Positions 13,736-28,210 of a stretch of DNA of 46,315 nt are shown here, piece after piece. The position numbers were made by a program, and so were the translations under genes. Below the pieces are notes generated by a model. That model was not told where the DNA came from. It did no database searches and worked only from the letters and a program-made list of their open reading frames with translations. This DNA comes from Eledone cirrhosa. Lineage: Eukaryota. The stretch is from NCBI GenBank assembly GCA_964016885.1, contig CAXHJY010001292.1, forward strand, positions 1-46,315. The letters are read 5' to 3'. Within the stretch, counting starts at the first letter, position 1. Every line of letters begins with the position of its first letter.

Positions 13736-13794
13736 ATACAAGTCTTACCTCTCACCCGGCAAAATATAAATATGTAATATGATATAATTTAACA

Positions 13795-13880
13795 ACGATG
13801 ATTATGTTGTTATTGATGATGTTGATGTTGTTATTGATGATGTTGATGTTGTTGTTATTGATGATGTTGATGTTGTTGTT
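13795..13880. repeat. (GAT/GTT)n simple repeat
   Basis: Directly visible. Confidence 0.9.
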
Positions 13881-13981
13881 CTTAAGCTCTGGTTTAGCTC
13901 CGATCGAGCAGACCTATGATGAAAGAAAAGATCTTAGCTGTATCCACCCTATCTTTTGAGGTGAGAAGTTACCCTTATGTC

Positions 13982-14740
13982 CATCATCACCATCATCGTT
14001 GTCATCATCATCCTTCTATTGCAGAGCAGACGGCCACCATCTTCACACCGGCCTACATTATGTCACCTTGTCTCCAATGAACTTCTTTATGTCAGAAGCC
14101 CCACCCCTATCGTACAATGTTTGGGATGTGCAGTGAATATTAATCCACTGGTTCATCATTTGGAGATCTCAAAACATCTCCCAAGAAATTGAGCTGCCTG
14201 GAGATCCCTGTTTATATAAGAGGGATTTTACACGTGTTCCATACACAACCGAGGACGTGAAATAGGGGCTATACGTGTGGTATGAAGAATTATTCTAAAA
14301 TGTGATGTTCCGAATGAGTTCATGCTATTCCCAATGTTCTCAGGCCTACATTATCGAATGCATCGGTGCAAACCCCAGTGGCGCTGTGCTTAAGTTTGTT
14401 TTGCGGGTACGTGGCTTCGGAATAGATCTTGCAGCAAGTGTTTTCTACCATAGTCTCGGGGTGATTAAAACATTGTGTATGAAATTTGGTAGAAGGAAAC
14501 TACATGGAAGTCCATCGGAGGGGACTGTTCCTATTCATAGTGGGTAGACCTAATCTGTCGCGTGGTTCAACATTATCACCTGGCCCTTTAGCAGAATTCA
14601 TTTTGTGGTAAGCATTGAGGCCAGGTCTCAGCTTTGAAGATCTCTCTCTCGCCCCCATTGTAACCATCTCAGTAGACCTGAAATTGGTCACAGATGCTGC
14701 CCTACTTCATTTGATTAAGCTATAGCCACAACTATGAGCT
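13982..14740 (-). mobile_element. Old, frameshifted 3' part of an RTE-clade LINE with (ATG)n tail
   Basis: Minus strand gives IYSEATY...DAFDNVGLRTLGIA*..IRNIT, then an RLYGHV-like stretch and a terminal WRQ, in the order expected for the RTE thumb and C-terminus. The 5' boundary is uncertain. Confidence 0.55.
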
Positions 14741-15129
14741 TTATCTCTAGACGATATAGTGAGATACGAGGAAGATTAACGCTGGTATCAACTTCCTTCT
14801 CCAAGTGTAGGTTATAAGTAATATAGCATATGAAATCGCATTAAAAATGTATTTGAACAAAGGAAATAATGAAAATGTTTGCCGAAATAAAAAATACATA
14901 AGAATGTAGTAAAAACGCTGTAATAATGAAAACGACAATACTAATAGTATTGGGAATAGAAGAAATAAATAAAATTTATTATAACTGTCAGAAAACGATT
15001 TGAATTCGACTTAACAAACAACATTGATAAATGAGTTGTGTTGTTGTATGTATGTCTAGAAAATGGAATAATACTGTTTAAAAAATAATTGGCACAGTCT
15101 AGAGATAACGACAGTAACGGACGAATTCT

Positions 15130-15350
15130 GATCACCTCACCTGAAGTCAAAGGATTTAAATATCTACATGGAGAAGATCGCCTCACCTGAAGTGAATGGT
15201 TTAAATATTTGCCTGGAGAAGATCACCTGAAGTGATGTAAACATTGACTTGGAGATGATCTCCTCACCTAAAGTCAGGGGATTTAAACATAGACCTGGAG
15301 ATGATGTCAGGGGATTTAAACATATACCTGGAGAAGATCTCCTCAGCTGG
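15130..15350. repeat. Degenerate ~46-bp tandem repeat, about 5 units
   Basis: ctcacctgaagtcaaaggatttaaatatctacatggagaagatcgc and variants. Confidence 0.8.
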
Positions 15351-15879
15351 TCACACTTGTTTTATTTTGTTACAAAGACAACATATTTTACTAAGAACGG
15401 CGCAACAAAGATTTTCACGAACTGATCGGTAACAGCACAGATAAATATGAACATTTGCAGCATGACATTAAATACTTCAATATTTAATGTGAAGCAACCA
15501 CATTGTTATTTTGTTACTTCCCAAGAATACCTGACTTATGCGAGGTGATGCGGTACAGGAGGTTAAGAGTTAAAGTGTAATACTTGAACATACATCGCAA
15601 CAAACAGAATAATATCAGAGTCTACAGTTTAGAGACAATATCTTCAACATTTATGTGAACGGTTAAAGTCAGTTTCGGTGCAGTTATGTAGACACATTAA
15701 CTATACTCCTTACAAAGCGGAAGACAATCAACCATTTTTGAGTGAAGTGTAGTGATAACATCATGATAGACATTATTACTCTGGCTGAAGTGAAAACTGT
15801 TTATTTGAAGTTAGAGATTTTGTTGATTCAATGTATCGTACTAGCAGCAGCATCAACAGTATTATTATTATTCAGTAGA

Positions 15880-16007
15880 GCGTCGGGTGGCATATAGTTG
15901 CGGCCCTTTAAGTTCAGAATTCGAGTCCTGCATGTCATCATTGAAAGGTTGATAAGATAAATTACCAGTGGCACAGAGGGTAGATTTTATTGAACTTCCA
16001 CCTGCCC
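15880..16007 (+). mobile_element. SINE family A, highly degenerate
   Basis: tcatcattgaaaggttgataagataaattaccagt resembles the central block tcatccttacggggtcgataaaataaagtaccagt. Confidence 0.5.
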
Positions 16008-16010
16008 AAG

Positions 16011-16646
16011 AGCGAGTTAACCTCACAATTCTGACCACCAACCATCCTAACAGCAAGTTAACCTCACAATTCTGACCACCAACCATCCTAACCTCACAAT
16101 TCTGACCACCCAACATCCTAACCTCACAATTCTGACCACCCAACATCCTAACAGCGAGTTAACCTCACAATTCTGACCACCAACCATCCTAACCTCACAA
16201 TTCTGACCACCCAACATCCTAACCTCACAATTCTGACCACCCAACATCCTAACCTCACAATTCTGACCTCCCAACAGTCCTAACCTCACAATTCTGACCA
16301 CCAACCATCCTAACCTCACAATTCTGACCACCCAACATCCTAACCTCACAATTCTGACCACCCAACATCCTAACCTCACAATTCTGACCTCCCAACAGTC
16401 CTAACCTCACAATTCTGACCACCAACCATCCTAACCTCACAATTCTGACCACCCAACATCCTAACCTCACAATTCTGACCACCCAACATCCTAACCTCAC
16501 AATTCTGACCTCCCAACAGTCCTAACCTCACAATTCTGACCACCAACCATCCTAACCTCACAATTCTGACCACCAACCATCCCAACCTCACGATTCTGAC
16601 CACCCAACATCCTAACCTCACAATTCTGACCACCCAACATCCTAAC
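16011..16646. repeat. 30-bp minisatellite, 20 units, with a 121-bp higher-order repeat
   Basis: Unit ctaacctcacaattctgacc plus accaaccatc (A), acccaacatc (B) or tcccaacagtc (C). Order A,A,B,B,(A,B,B,C)x3,A,A,B,B. Confidence 0.95.
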
Positions 16647-16986
16647 AAAGAGCCAATAATGAAAGACCACCTTCATCTCTGTTGGATGCTCGTACAATGG
16701 ATAATTTATTAGAATGCAAAGCTAGCATTAAATATGATTTATCACAGCTGTTAGAGGATATATCTTACCTATGAGCTGTATCCAGTCGTAGAGTTTCCGA
16801 ATTAAGGGAATGAAACTGATAGCTTTTTGTTTTGGTCAGAACTAACGGAACGTAATTGTTGAAATCAGGGTTCAGAAATTCTTGAGGCCGATTGTCATTA
16901 TTCTCCTTCTTATCTAAAATATTGTAGTGTTCTGGCAATCCCGATGATGTCAGGCCTCCCGAGATTGATCGTAATTTTGACTTTAC

Positions 16987-16987
<1 letters not shown>

Positions 16988-17021
<34 letters not shown>

Positions 17022-17085
17022 AGGAGAGAGAGGGAGAGAGAGAGAGAGAGAGAAATAAAGAGAGAGAAAGAGAGGGAGAGAGAGA

Positions 17086-17155
<70 letters not shown>
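16988..17155. repeat. (GA)n tract
   Basis: Directly visible. Confidence 0.97.
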
Positions 17156-17322
17156 ATATGTGTGTGTAGAAAATGTTATTTTCTATATGAATAACCACAG
17201 CTGCACCAATATATCTCTTTGTCCATATCTCATATATTTGATTGGTAGGTGGAGGAGCTAGTAAGAGATTCCTTACGTGGTCGTGAAAGATGCTAGAAAT
17301 AACAGCCAAACATTCTTCAAAT

Positions 17323-17510
17323 ATAATAATTGTTTCTACTTTTGGCACAAGGCCAGCAATTTCCCCAGTGCATTACTGGTAATATATTTTATCGACCCCG
17401 TAAGTATGAAAGTCAAAGTTAACCTTTGAACTCAGAACGGAAAGTACCGTAACTCTATGCTAGAAAGCATGGTGTCCGACCCTCTACCGATACTGCCAAT
17501 CCACCACCCT
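17323..17510 (-). mobile_element. SINE family A, short subfamily, with B-box deletion
   Basis: Colinear with 10473-10664 but lacks cggcggga next to tttgaactcag. Confidence 0.9.
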
Positions 17511-18005
17511 AGCATGGTGTCCGACCCTCTACCGATACTGCCAATCCACCACCCTAGCATGGTGTCCGACCCTCTACCGATACTGCCAATCCACCACCCT
17601 AGCATGGTGTCCGACCCTCTACCGATACTGCCAATCCACCGCCCTAGCATGGTGTCCGACCCTCTAACGATACTGCCAATCCACCACCCTAGCATGGTGT
17701 CCGACCCTCTAACGATACTGCCAATCCACCGCCCTAGCATGGTGTCCGACCCTCTAACGATACTGCCAATCCACCGCCCTAGCATGGTGTCCGACCCTCT
17801 ACCGATACTGCCAATCCACCGCCCTAGCATGGTGTCCGACCCTCTACCGATACTGCCAATCCACCACCCTAGCATGGTGTCCGACCCTCTAACGATACTG
17901 CCAATCCACCACCCTAGCATGGTGTCCGACCCTCTAACGATACTGCCAATCCACCACCCTAGCATGGTGTCCGACCCTCTAACGATACTGCCAATCCACC
18001 GCCCT
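17466..18005 (-). repeat. 12 x 45-bp tandem array of the SINE 5' head
   Basis: Unit agcatggtgtccgaccctcta(c/a)cgatactgccaatccacc(a/g)ccct matches the head of SINE copies at about 10620-10664 and 18192-18232. Confidence 0.95.
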
Positions 18006-18039
18006 TTTCAAATATTAATGGTTTCTTATATATACACAA

Positions 18040-18233
18040 TGCCATCCATTTTGGGGGAGGGGAAGATCGATTAATTCAACTCCAGTACGTGACTGGCACT
18101 TTATTTTATCGACCTCGTAAGGATGAAAGACAAAGTTATCCTCGGTTGGATTTGAACTCAGATCATAAAGGGCTGTAACTCTATGCTGCAAAGCATCTAG
18201 TCCGACCCTGTACCGATACTGCCAATCCACCGC
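18040..18233 (-). mobile_element. SINE family A (long form)
   Basis: ttttggggagggg...ttattttatcgacc...ggatttgaactcag...ccgatactgccaatccaccgc. Confidence 0.9.
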
Positions 18234-18294
18234 AATTCTTCAAATATGTTAATAATAATAATAAGAACAATAACAACAGTAACAACAAGAACAA

Positions 18295-18445
18295 TCGAAC
18301 TCAGTACTGGGCTTGTACTTTATTTATCGACCCCGAACCGAAATGATGAAAAGCGAATACTGCCTCGACAGGATTCGAACTCAAAATGCTGAGAGTCGGA
18401 ACAAAGACTGCGAAACATTTTATTTGATGTCCTAATAGCTTTACA
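18295..18445 (-). mobile_element. SINE family A, degenerate
   Basis: gtactttatttatcgacccc...atgaaaag...ggattcgaactc. Confidence 0.75.
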
Positions 18446-18699
18446 GAAAACATCTCCCTAAATACACAAATGTCGCCGTGGCCCACTAACAATGTTTGGG
18501 CTCACCAAAAACATATTAATTTTTAAGAGCAATTACCATGTGGACAATATGAAGTCCACTTGCAGTCTACTTTGGAATCTTTAATTGGTAGCGGAAGTAG
18601 CTTCTTGATACACTATGTCACCATTTGAAGCTCTACATAGTAGTAACCTTGTGACGAATGACAAATATTGGTAATTTTCTGTACAACATTCACACAAAC

Positions 18700-19705
<1,006 letters not shown>

Positions 19706-20197
19706 CTAAGGCGGGTAAAATTCCCGAGATCCATGGACGAGTTCTCTCCAGCGGTCTCTGTCCCTCATTATCGCTGCCATGTCCTGCGTCTCCAACAGAC
19801 TAGTGTATGTCCTTAGGGCATCAACATACGTTAACCTTGGTCTTCCTCTTCTAGTGTGTCCATTTAGGGGCTCCCAAAGGAGCACTGAGTGCAATGTCAA
19901 CTCTGGATGTCGGTGAGCATGTCCAGCTAACCTCAGTCTCCTCTCTGTCACTTTTGAGCTGACTTTTGGGAGGCTCCCATACAGCTCTGAGTTTTTCATC
20001 CTCAGTGTATACTGATTAATGTTCAGTGCCATCCTCAGCATTCTCGTGTAGCACCCATCCACCATCTGAGTGAGTTTCTTGGTCAGTGTCCAAGTCTCAG
20101 ACCCATACAGCAGCACAGACTCCACTACAGCAATGAAGAGGCAGATCTTCAGGTCTCTACGAAGGTCCGACTTCCACACCGATCTCAAACTGATTCT
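19706..20197 (-). mobile_element. 5'-truncated RTE-clade LINE with an open C-terminal reading frame (thumb region)
   Basis: [15 protein letters not shown]...RMLR...RRLRLAGH...RRGRPR...DRDRWRELV; no stops over about 163 codons. Confidence 0.92.
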
Positions 20198-22187
<1,990 letters not shown>

Positions 22188-22392
22188 TCTTTCCAATTGC
22201 TAATACTATCTATCGGTCGCAACTCCGGGTAGAAGGAGCAACGTGAAAGAAAGTGTCTTGCTCAAGGACATAACGCATCGCCTCGATTCCTGGACCAGGC
22301 GATGCGTTATGTCCTTGAGCAAGACACTTTATTTCACGTTGCTCCTTCTACCTGGAGTTGCGACCGATAGATAGTATTAGCAATTGGAAAGA
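22188..22392. repeat. Fold-back palindrome of a family B SINE fragment (96-bp arms, 13-nt loop)
   Basis: 22188-22283 is the reverse complement of 22297-22392 with two mismatches. Contains gtccttgagcaagacactttatttcacgttgctcc. Confidence 0.95.
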
Positions 22393-22452
22393 CCAACGGA
22401 AACATTGTTCCCTCGGTCCGATTTGACGAAAGTCGATCGTTCCTTTATATAC

Positions 22453-22500
<48 letters not shown>

Positions 22501-22549
22501 ATACATATACATACAGATATATATACATACAAATATATATACACACATA

Positions 22550-22581
<32 letters not shown>

Positions 22582-22758
22582 CACATATATACATACATAT
22601 AATTCACATGTATGTATATAATATACACATAGCTTTTAATCATCACTATATATATATAAACGTCAACAACATATTCTGCTCGTCGACAGAAATATATTCC
22701 TTCTTCCTTATTCTCTCTCTCTTTGAAAGTGGTTTTATTTCTCTCGTTGTCACACTTT

Positions 22759-22810
<52 letters not shown>

Positions 22811-22815
<5 letters not shown>

Positions 22816-23682
22816 TGAAACAAAATGAAAACGAAATTTCATTTCTCACTCTTAGTATGGCACTTACTTAAATGTAAGTATGCATGTATACGTACATACA
22901 TATATGTATACAGACGTACAGTAGCATGCACATATATATATATATATACATATATACATACATATGCATACAGGTACACATACATATATGCACGTATCAG
23001 TTTAGCGGCGCTTATTATAACGTCGCTTTGTTCGTTTGTAAACAAACTGAACAGCCTGAATTTATGCCATACGGTGTTAAGGCAACCACGTCACCTTTTT
23101 GTTCAACACTGACACAGGAACGATGTACTAGTTTCAAGCTTGTTAGCTATCATCAGCACCGTTTACCCATCTGCCAGATAGTTGAACGTTCGAAAGTATA
23201 TACTTTCCTTATGAAAATTAACGGCTGAGCAGCCTAATTTGCATATTGAGTGAGTTAAATCGGTCAGGCATACCGAAAACGATAAATTGAAACAAAATGA
23301 AAACGAAATTTCATTTCTCACTCTTAGTATGGCACTTACTTAAATGTAAGTATGCATGTATACGTACATACATATATGTATACAGACGTACCGTAGCATG
23401 CACATATATATATATATATACATATATACATACATATGCATACAGGTACACATACATATATGCACGTATCAGTTTAGCGGCGCTTATTATAACGTCGCTT
23501 TGTTCTGTTCAGTTTGTTTACAAACGAACAAAGCGACGTTATAATAAGCGCCGCTAAACTGATACGTGCATATATATGTATGTGTACCTGTATGCATATG
23601 TATGTATATATGTATATATATATATATATGTGCATGCTACTGTACGTCTGTATACATATATGTATGTACGTATACATGCATA

Positions 23683-23686
<4 letters not shown>
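22811..23686. repeat. Direct duplication plus inversion (X, spacer, X', inverted X)
   Basis: 22811-23033 is repeated at about 23283-23505, and about 23505-23686 is an inverted copy. Confidence 0.93.
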
Positions 23687-23730
<44 letters not shown>

Positions 23731-23731
<1 letters not shown>

Positions 23732-23835
23732 CAGCCTTATATACCGAATATATATATATATATATATAACAGCCTTATATACCGAATATATATATATATA
23801 TATATATATATAGCACCCTTATATACCGAATATAT
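23731..23835 (+). repeat. Three copies of ca(g/c)ccttatataccgaa separated by variable (TA)n
   Basis: Copies at about 23732, 23770 and 23814. Confidence 0.9.
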
Positions 23836-24394
23836 ATATATATATAATAATAATAAGGGTTGACGGACCCACCATATTTATCAATGCCAGTACCGGTTGT
23901 ATCTCAGTGCACTCAATGGGCAATCTAATATACATTACGAGAGTATACACATAGTTATTTACCTCAACACAACACACGTAAAACGGATGCCTATAAGGTT
24001 CCCGGACTCGAGTTTCTGCCGCACTAATGCAGCAGTAAGGTGCACTGCACCACCTGTCTGCATATATTATGCAACAATGCACAATCGGCTTATGCGGCTT
24101 CATCAGCGGGTATCGCCTAATCAATAACCAATCGATCGACAGAATCCAAACACCGCCTCATGCCGGTCATGACTGTTTGTGACAACCGACACGGTAAAGC
24201 GATTAGCAACTGGCAACCGATAGGACTCTATCTCTCAACTAGCCACTGATTTACACATTTTACGTGGGGACGGGAAGCTAAAAAGAATCAATCTTTTGGT
24301 TCCTCTCGGAAGCTCTGAGCCAACGTGTCTCACACACAAATTATCAAGGGGTGAAAAGATGGCTATTAGAAATAGCAGTTCACATCGATATAAA

Positions 24395-24546
24395 ATAGAG
24401 TGGTAGCATTCGGTTCATGTCTCCAAGCCCCATGGCTAGAGGAAAGCGATGTTAACAATGGTAGTCGGTATACAAGGCTGCAATTTAATTCAAGCACTCG
24501 ACTGTGAGTGAATTTGGTAGACAGAAATTGTATGGAAGCCTGACGT
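24395..24546 (+). mobile_element. SINE family D 3' part, degenerate
   Basis: tgtgagtgaatttggtagacagaaattgtatggaagcc followed by a (TA) tail. Family assignment is from recalled octopus repeats. Confidence 0.5.
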
Positions 24547-24599
24547 GTATATATATATACAAATGCGCGCGCGCACCCACCCACCCCACACACAGACAT

Positions 24600-24895
24600 A
24601 GCGTTGTTTTCACAATGGTGAGCTTCTAAGTTCGATTCTCGAACAGGGTTGTGCAAGACACTTTATTTCATGTTGCTCCAGTTCACTCAACCGTAAAAAA
24701 CAAGTTGTGATGTTACTGGGACGAAACTGTACCGACCTTTCTGTTGGTCAACATCTTTGGCGTGGAGAGGAGAGACTGGTATACAGGGTCAACGGATAGA
24801 CTCCTACAAAAACAACTTAGCCTGGATTTGATCCTCGGAGAGGAACTCTCTAGGTGCAAATCCTTACATACGTTAATGAGTGGAGCATTCCATAC
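24600..24895 (+). mobile_element. SINE family B
   Basis: gttcgattc B-box followed by gcaagacactttatttcatgttgctccagttcactca. Confidence 0.7.
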
Positions 24896-26289
24896 TGTGG
24901 TAGACAGAAAACGGTAATTTTTATTCCGTTTATTAAATAGCTTATGGAAGTTAATGATTACATTTACGTTAAGACGAAGTTAACTAGTCAAAATTTCGTT
25001 ATTACTATTTTTAAGCCGAAAGAAATGAATGTTTTGATAAAATCTTTTCTTAATGTGTTTAATGTGTGTATATTGGCGTCTGGAGTTGCAGCAAATCTCT
25101 CGTCTCTGTATAATCCGAATTGTACTGAACTAATATCTTACTCAGTAGATATAAGATGTATCACCCAACAACGTCCCAGATCATCATACAATTGTATGGT
25201 ATGGATCGGGTGTCTTGACCTGAGTCGTGTCTCTGTCATAAAGTATGGTTTATATATTGTGGGTCGGGCGTAATGGATATTATATGACAGTTGAGATAGT
25301 AAACCATAAATACCGTATACTGGCTAACACACACACACAAATTTATATGTATATATACATGTGTGTGTATGACATGCACACCTCCTAATCTCAACAATCC
25401 ACCCCACCACACCACATAAGGATGATATACTTTAGAATGATTTCGTGTTTGTAAATTCTACAGATTCCTTACTTTCGAAAATTAAGAGAAAGGTCCTGGA
25501 GATGTGAGACACAAGATGAGACTTTCCGTATATATCCCGCATATATACATGTCAATGTGTGTTTTGAGAGTTCCGAGCATAAATGATAATGGATTTTTGT
25601 TGTCGATATTACTGCCAAACATCACAGAGTTATGAGTTTCACAAATCATTTGTTGTGTAGAACAAAAGAATCTTGTATTTCTTTAGACGACTCGATACTA
25701 GTAGCAATCCTATATCACTAACTTTTGAATTGTAGCAAATGTTTCTGACAGATACATGATACTTGGTCGTTCAATTGACACATCTTTAGTCCTGTTATAA
25801 TCCATTAGTCTTTCACTGGTTACAGCAACAATGTCTGCAGATTTCGTTTAATTTTAACCCTTTCCCCTCAAATTTCGTAATTCTTCTAATTCAACCGTTC
25901 ATATGGTAAACATATATATAAGCTGTTGAATTCCAGCAGCTGTTTTTGTCATACACATTCCTCTAGACCGTACAGTTGCAGTCATTTGAAACAATATTAG
26001 GAGTGCTTAGAACTTCAATACTCTACCTCAGCCTCTACACAGAGAGTCATGGACGCCACTTTTCTTCCACTGACTAAACTATACAATAAATAATAGGGTT
26101 CCAATGATGCTATTATAATTGTTTAGCGCCATATCAGCCCCGTGCCTGAGTAGTTCAGGAATCAACTATTTAGTTTTGTAATGGTAAAGGTTTGACTCTT
26201 ACAAGATTTCTGCCCTTGGCTCACGTGGTTTACGTGACCTACACGTTACATTATATACCTTACACATATCAATTTGAAAAGTGAGCCGT

Positions 26290-26485
26290 TGATTAAAGCG
26301 AAGATCAAATGTATCTTAGTCGTAACCATATCATCCTCTCGTTTCAGTCATAGTTTATATTGGCTAACATTAGTTAATAGACACTCCCACCTTTCAAGAT
26401 AGTGGGTGTGTGATCTGAAAGAAATTATATTGCTATTTCTAGAACGTTGAGTAGTCATGTAGTGGTTTTATCATTGGCTCGAGTT
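26290..26485 (-). mobile_element. Dispersed repeat family C
   Basis: gggtgtgtgatctgaaagaaattatattgctatttctag is the inverted form of the 9020 motif. Confidence 0.55.
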
Positions 26486-26874
26486 CCACTCTTTTGGCAA
26501 GTCTGCGGTAGCTTTCGTTTCGCTTTAACATCCTCTCCCTAATTCCACAGTTCTTCAATTTCAAATGCTGTTTTCTTTGCAACGTGGAATAAATTAGTTT
26601 TTAAACTAATTTAGTCTGCTTTGAAAGTTATTTTTGTACTCACTATTTCTTGAAGCAGACTACCAATAGTTTCTTTGGATTTTTCTGTTTCTGGCTGATA
26701 CCTTTGTCTAACATTGTATAGCGCTTTGGGAACTAATTTCGAACGAAGCAGATTTCCTGGATTCACTGATCGTGTCAGGTCGTAGAGAAGAAAGATCGGT
26801 TAAAGAATGCTTGAGTATGTTGCTATACATATCTCGAAATAAAACAAAGAATAACAGGAATAAGAATCAATATA

Positions 26875-26985
26875 GTTGTTGCGTTCTGCGTTCTTATTTC
26901 ACTGAAGTCAACATTGCTTTTCATCCTTCAATGGGTGATGAAATAAAGAACCAGTTACATACTGGAGTCGTTTTAATTCAGCTCA
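26875..26985 (+). mobile_element. SINE family A, degenerate
   Basis: gtcaacattgcttttcatccttcaatgggtgatgaaataaagaaccagt. Confidence 0.7.
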
Positions 26986-27904
26986 ACCAGCTAAACTGTT
27001 CAGTCGACCCTCGTAAACTACATTAGAATGTTCTTTTAGTTCCATATTAACGTATGTTCCAGTATTAACGATGTTACACAGAATCTCTTAGAAAATGGTT
27101 TCAATTCACAGCAGATTATTCGAAACAAAATTCTTCAGCTTGTAAAATGCATTCAATTTGAAATTTAGTTGCAAATATATGCTTCATTTCACTTTTCTTC
27201 TGTATAAAGAGATAGACTAACGTGGTTCTAATGAATATTGTGCAATAGGGTTTCAAGCCTCAACAAAGCAAATCATTAACTACAAGATCCTTGTGCTCGT
27301 AAAATGTTTTCCAGTTTGAAATTTAGTTGCAAATATTCTTCCTTATTTCCTCTCTTTTGCTAATAATTTGCTCCAATATCGGGTTTCTCTCTCATAGAAA
27401 TAATCTCGAAAGATACCTAGTCTTTCAAAAACCTGTAACAAATTACTTTGAAGTTCTATGGTCGTTGTTAATGGATTTTCTTCAGCTTTTCAATGGATTC
27501 TTCTACTTCATTGAAGATTCAAGTCTTCAATAAATCACATAGATTTATTCTATAATGTATTCTGTAATAATTAGATTTTCATTGGATGATACAGCATTGG
27601 TATCAACATTGAGAGTTGGTCAGTGGAGAAACTAGCCACTATGGACGGGGGTGTTTAATGTTATGTGTTCTGATGATTATTTCTTGAAGTATGAACAGCT
27701 TCCAAACAACTCTCCCACACCTCTCGCCTCCTATTTTCACTTCTTACCATTCTGCGAAGATTATGTTGTTCCCCACTTCCTCTCTTTCTCTCAAACACAC
27801 ACATACGTATACACATAAACACACACACACATACGTATACACATAAACACACACACACATAAATATATATATATAGCTGACTCAATACACACGTGCATCT
27901 TCTC

Positions 27905-28062
27905 CAAAGTAAATTTGTTTCCGTTCCTCCTTCCTCTCATTCTATCTTCTGATGAAGGTCTAGTATCTGAAACGTTAAAACTTTTTTCCTACCATATCAA
28001 GCGTTAAACTAATATATTTCTTCATTGTATTTTATTGTTTGCTTTGTTGTTTCTGTTTACTT
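27905..28062 (+). mobile_element. Older copy of the hammerhead-motif element
   Basis: ctcattctatctt-ctgatga-aggtctagtatct-gaaacgttaa...atatcaagcgttaaactaatatat...ttctgtttac. Confidence 0.7.
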
Positions 28063-28064
28063 GT

Positions 28065-28210
28065 GCCATGAATTGAGCCATGGACTAAACAGAAGACTGA
28101 GCCGAGGACTTAGCCATGAACAGGGCTATGGACTGAATCGAGGACTGAGCCATGAACTGAATCGAGGACTGAGCCATCGTTTGAGCCATGAAGTGGAACT
28201 GAAACCATAG
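28065..28210. repeat. 12-bp tandem repeat
   Basis: Units tgagccatggac, tgagccgaggac, tgaatcgaggac. Confidence 0.85.

Noticed and set aside
15868-16697. Repetitive ORFs MLGGQNCEVR / LGCWVVRIVR
   Set aside because: 31-bp and 41-bp variant units shift the frame repeatedly, as expected for a non-coding minisatellite.
17457-18074. 205-aa and 177-aa ORFs with a 15-aa repeat, or a CRISPR-like array
   Set aside because: The unit is the SINE head, the repeats are contiguous with no unique spacers, there are no cas genes, and the context is eukaryotic.
24080-24112. CTGATGA on the minus strand as another hammerhead
   Set aside because: No convincing stem II and no GAAA at the required position.
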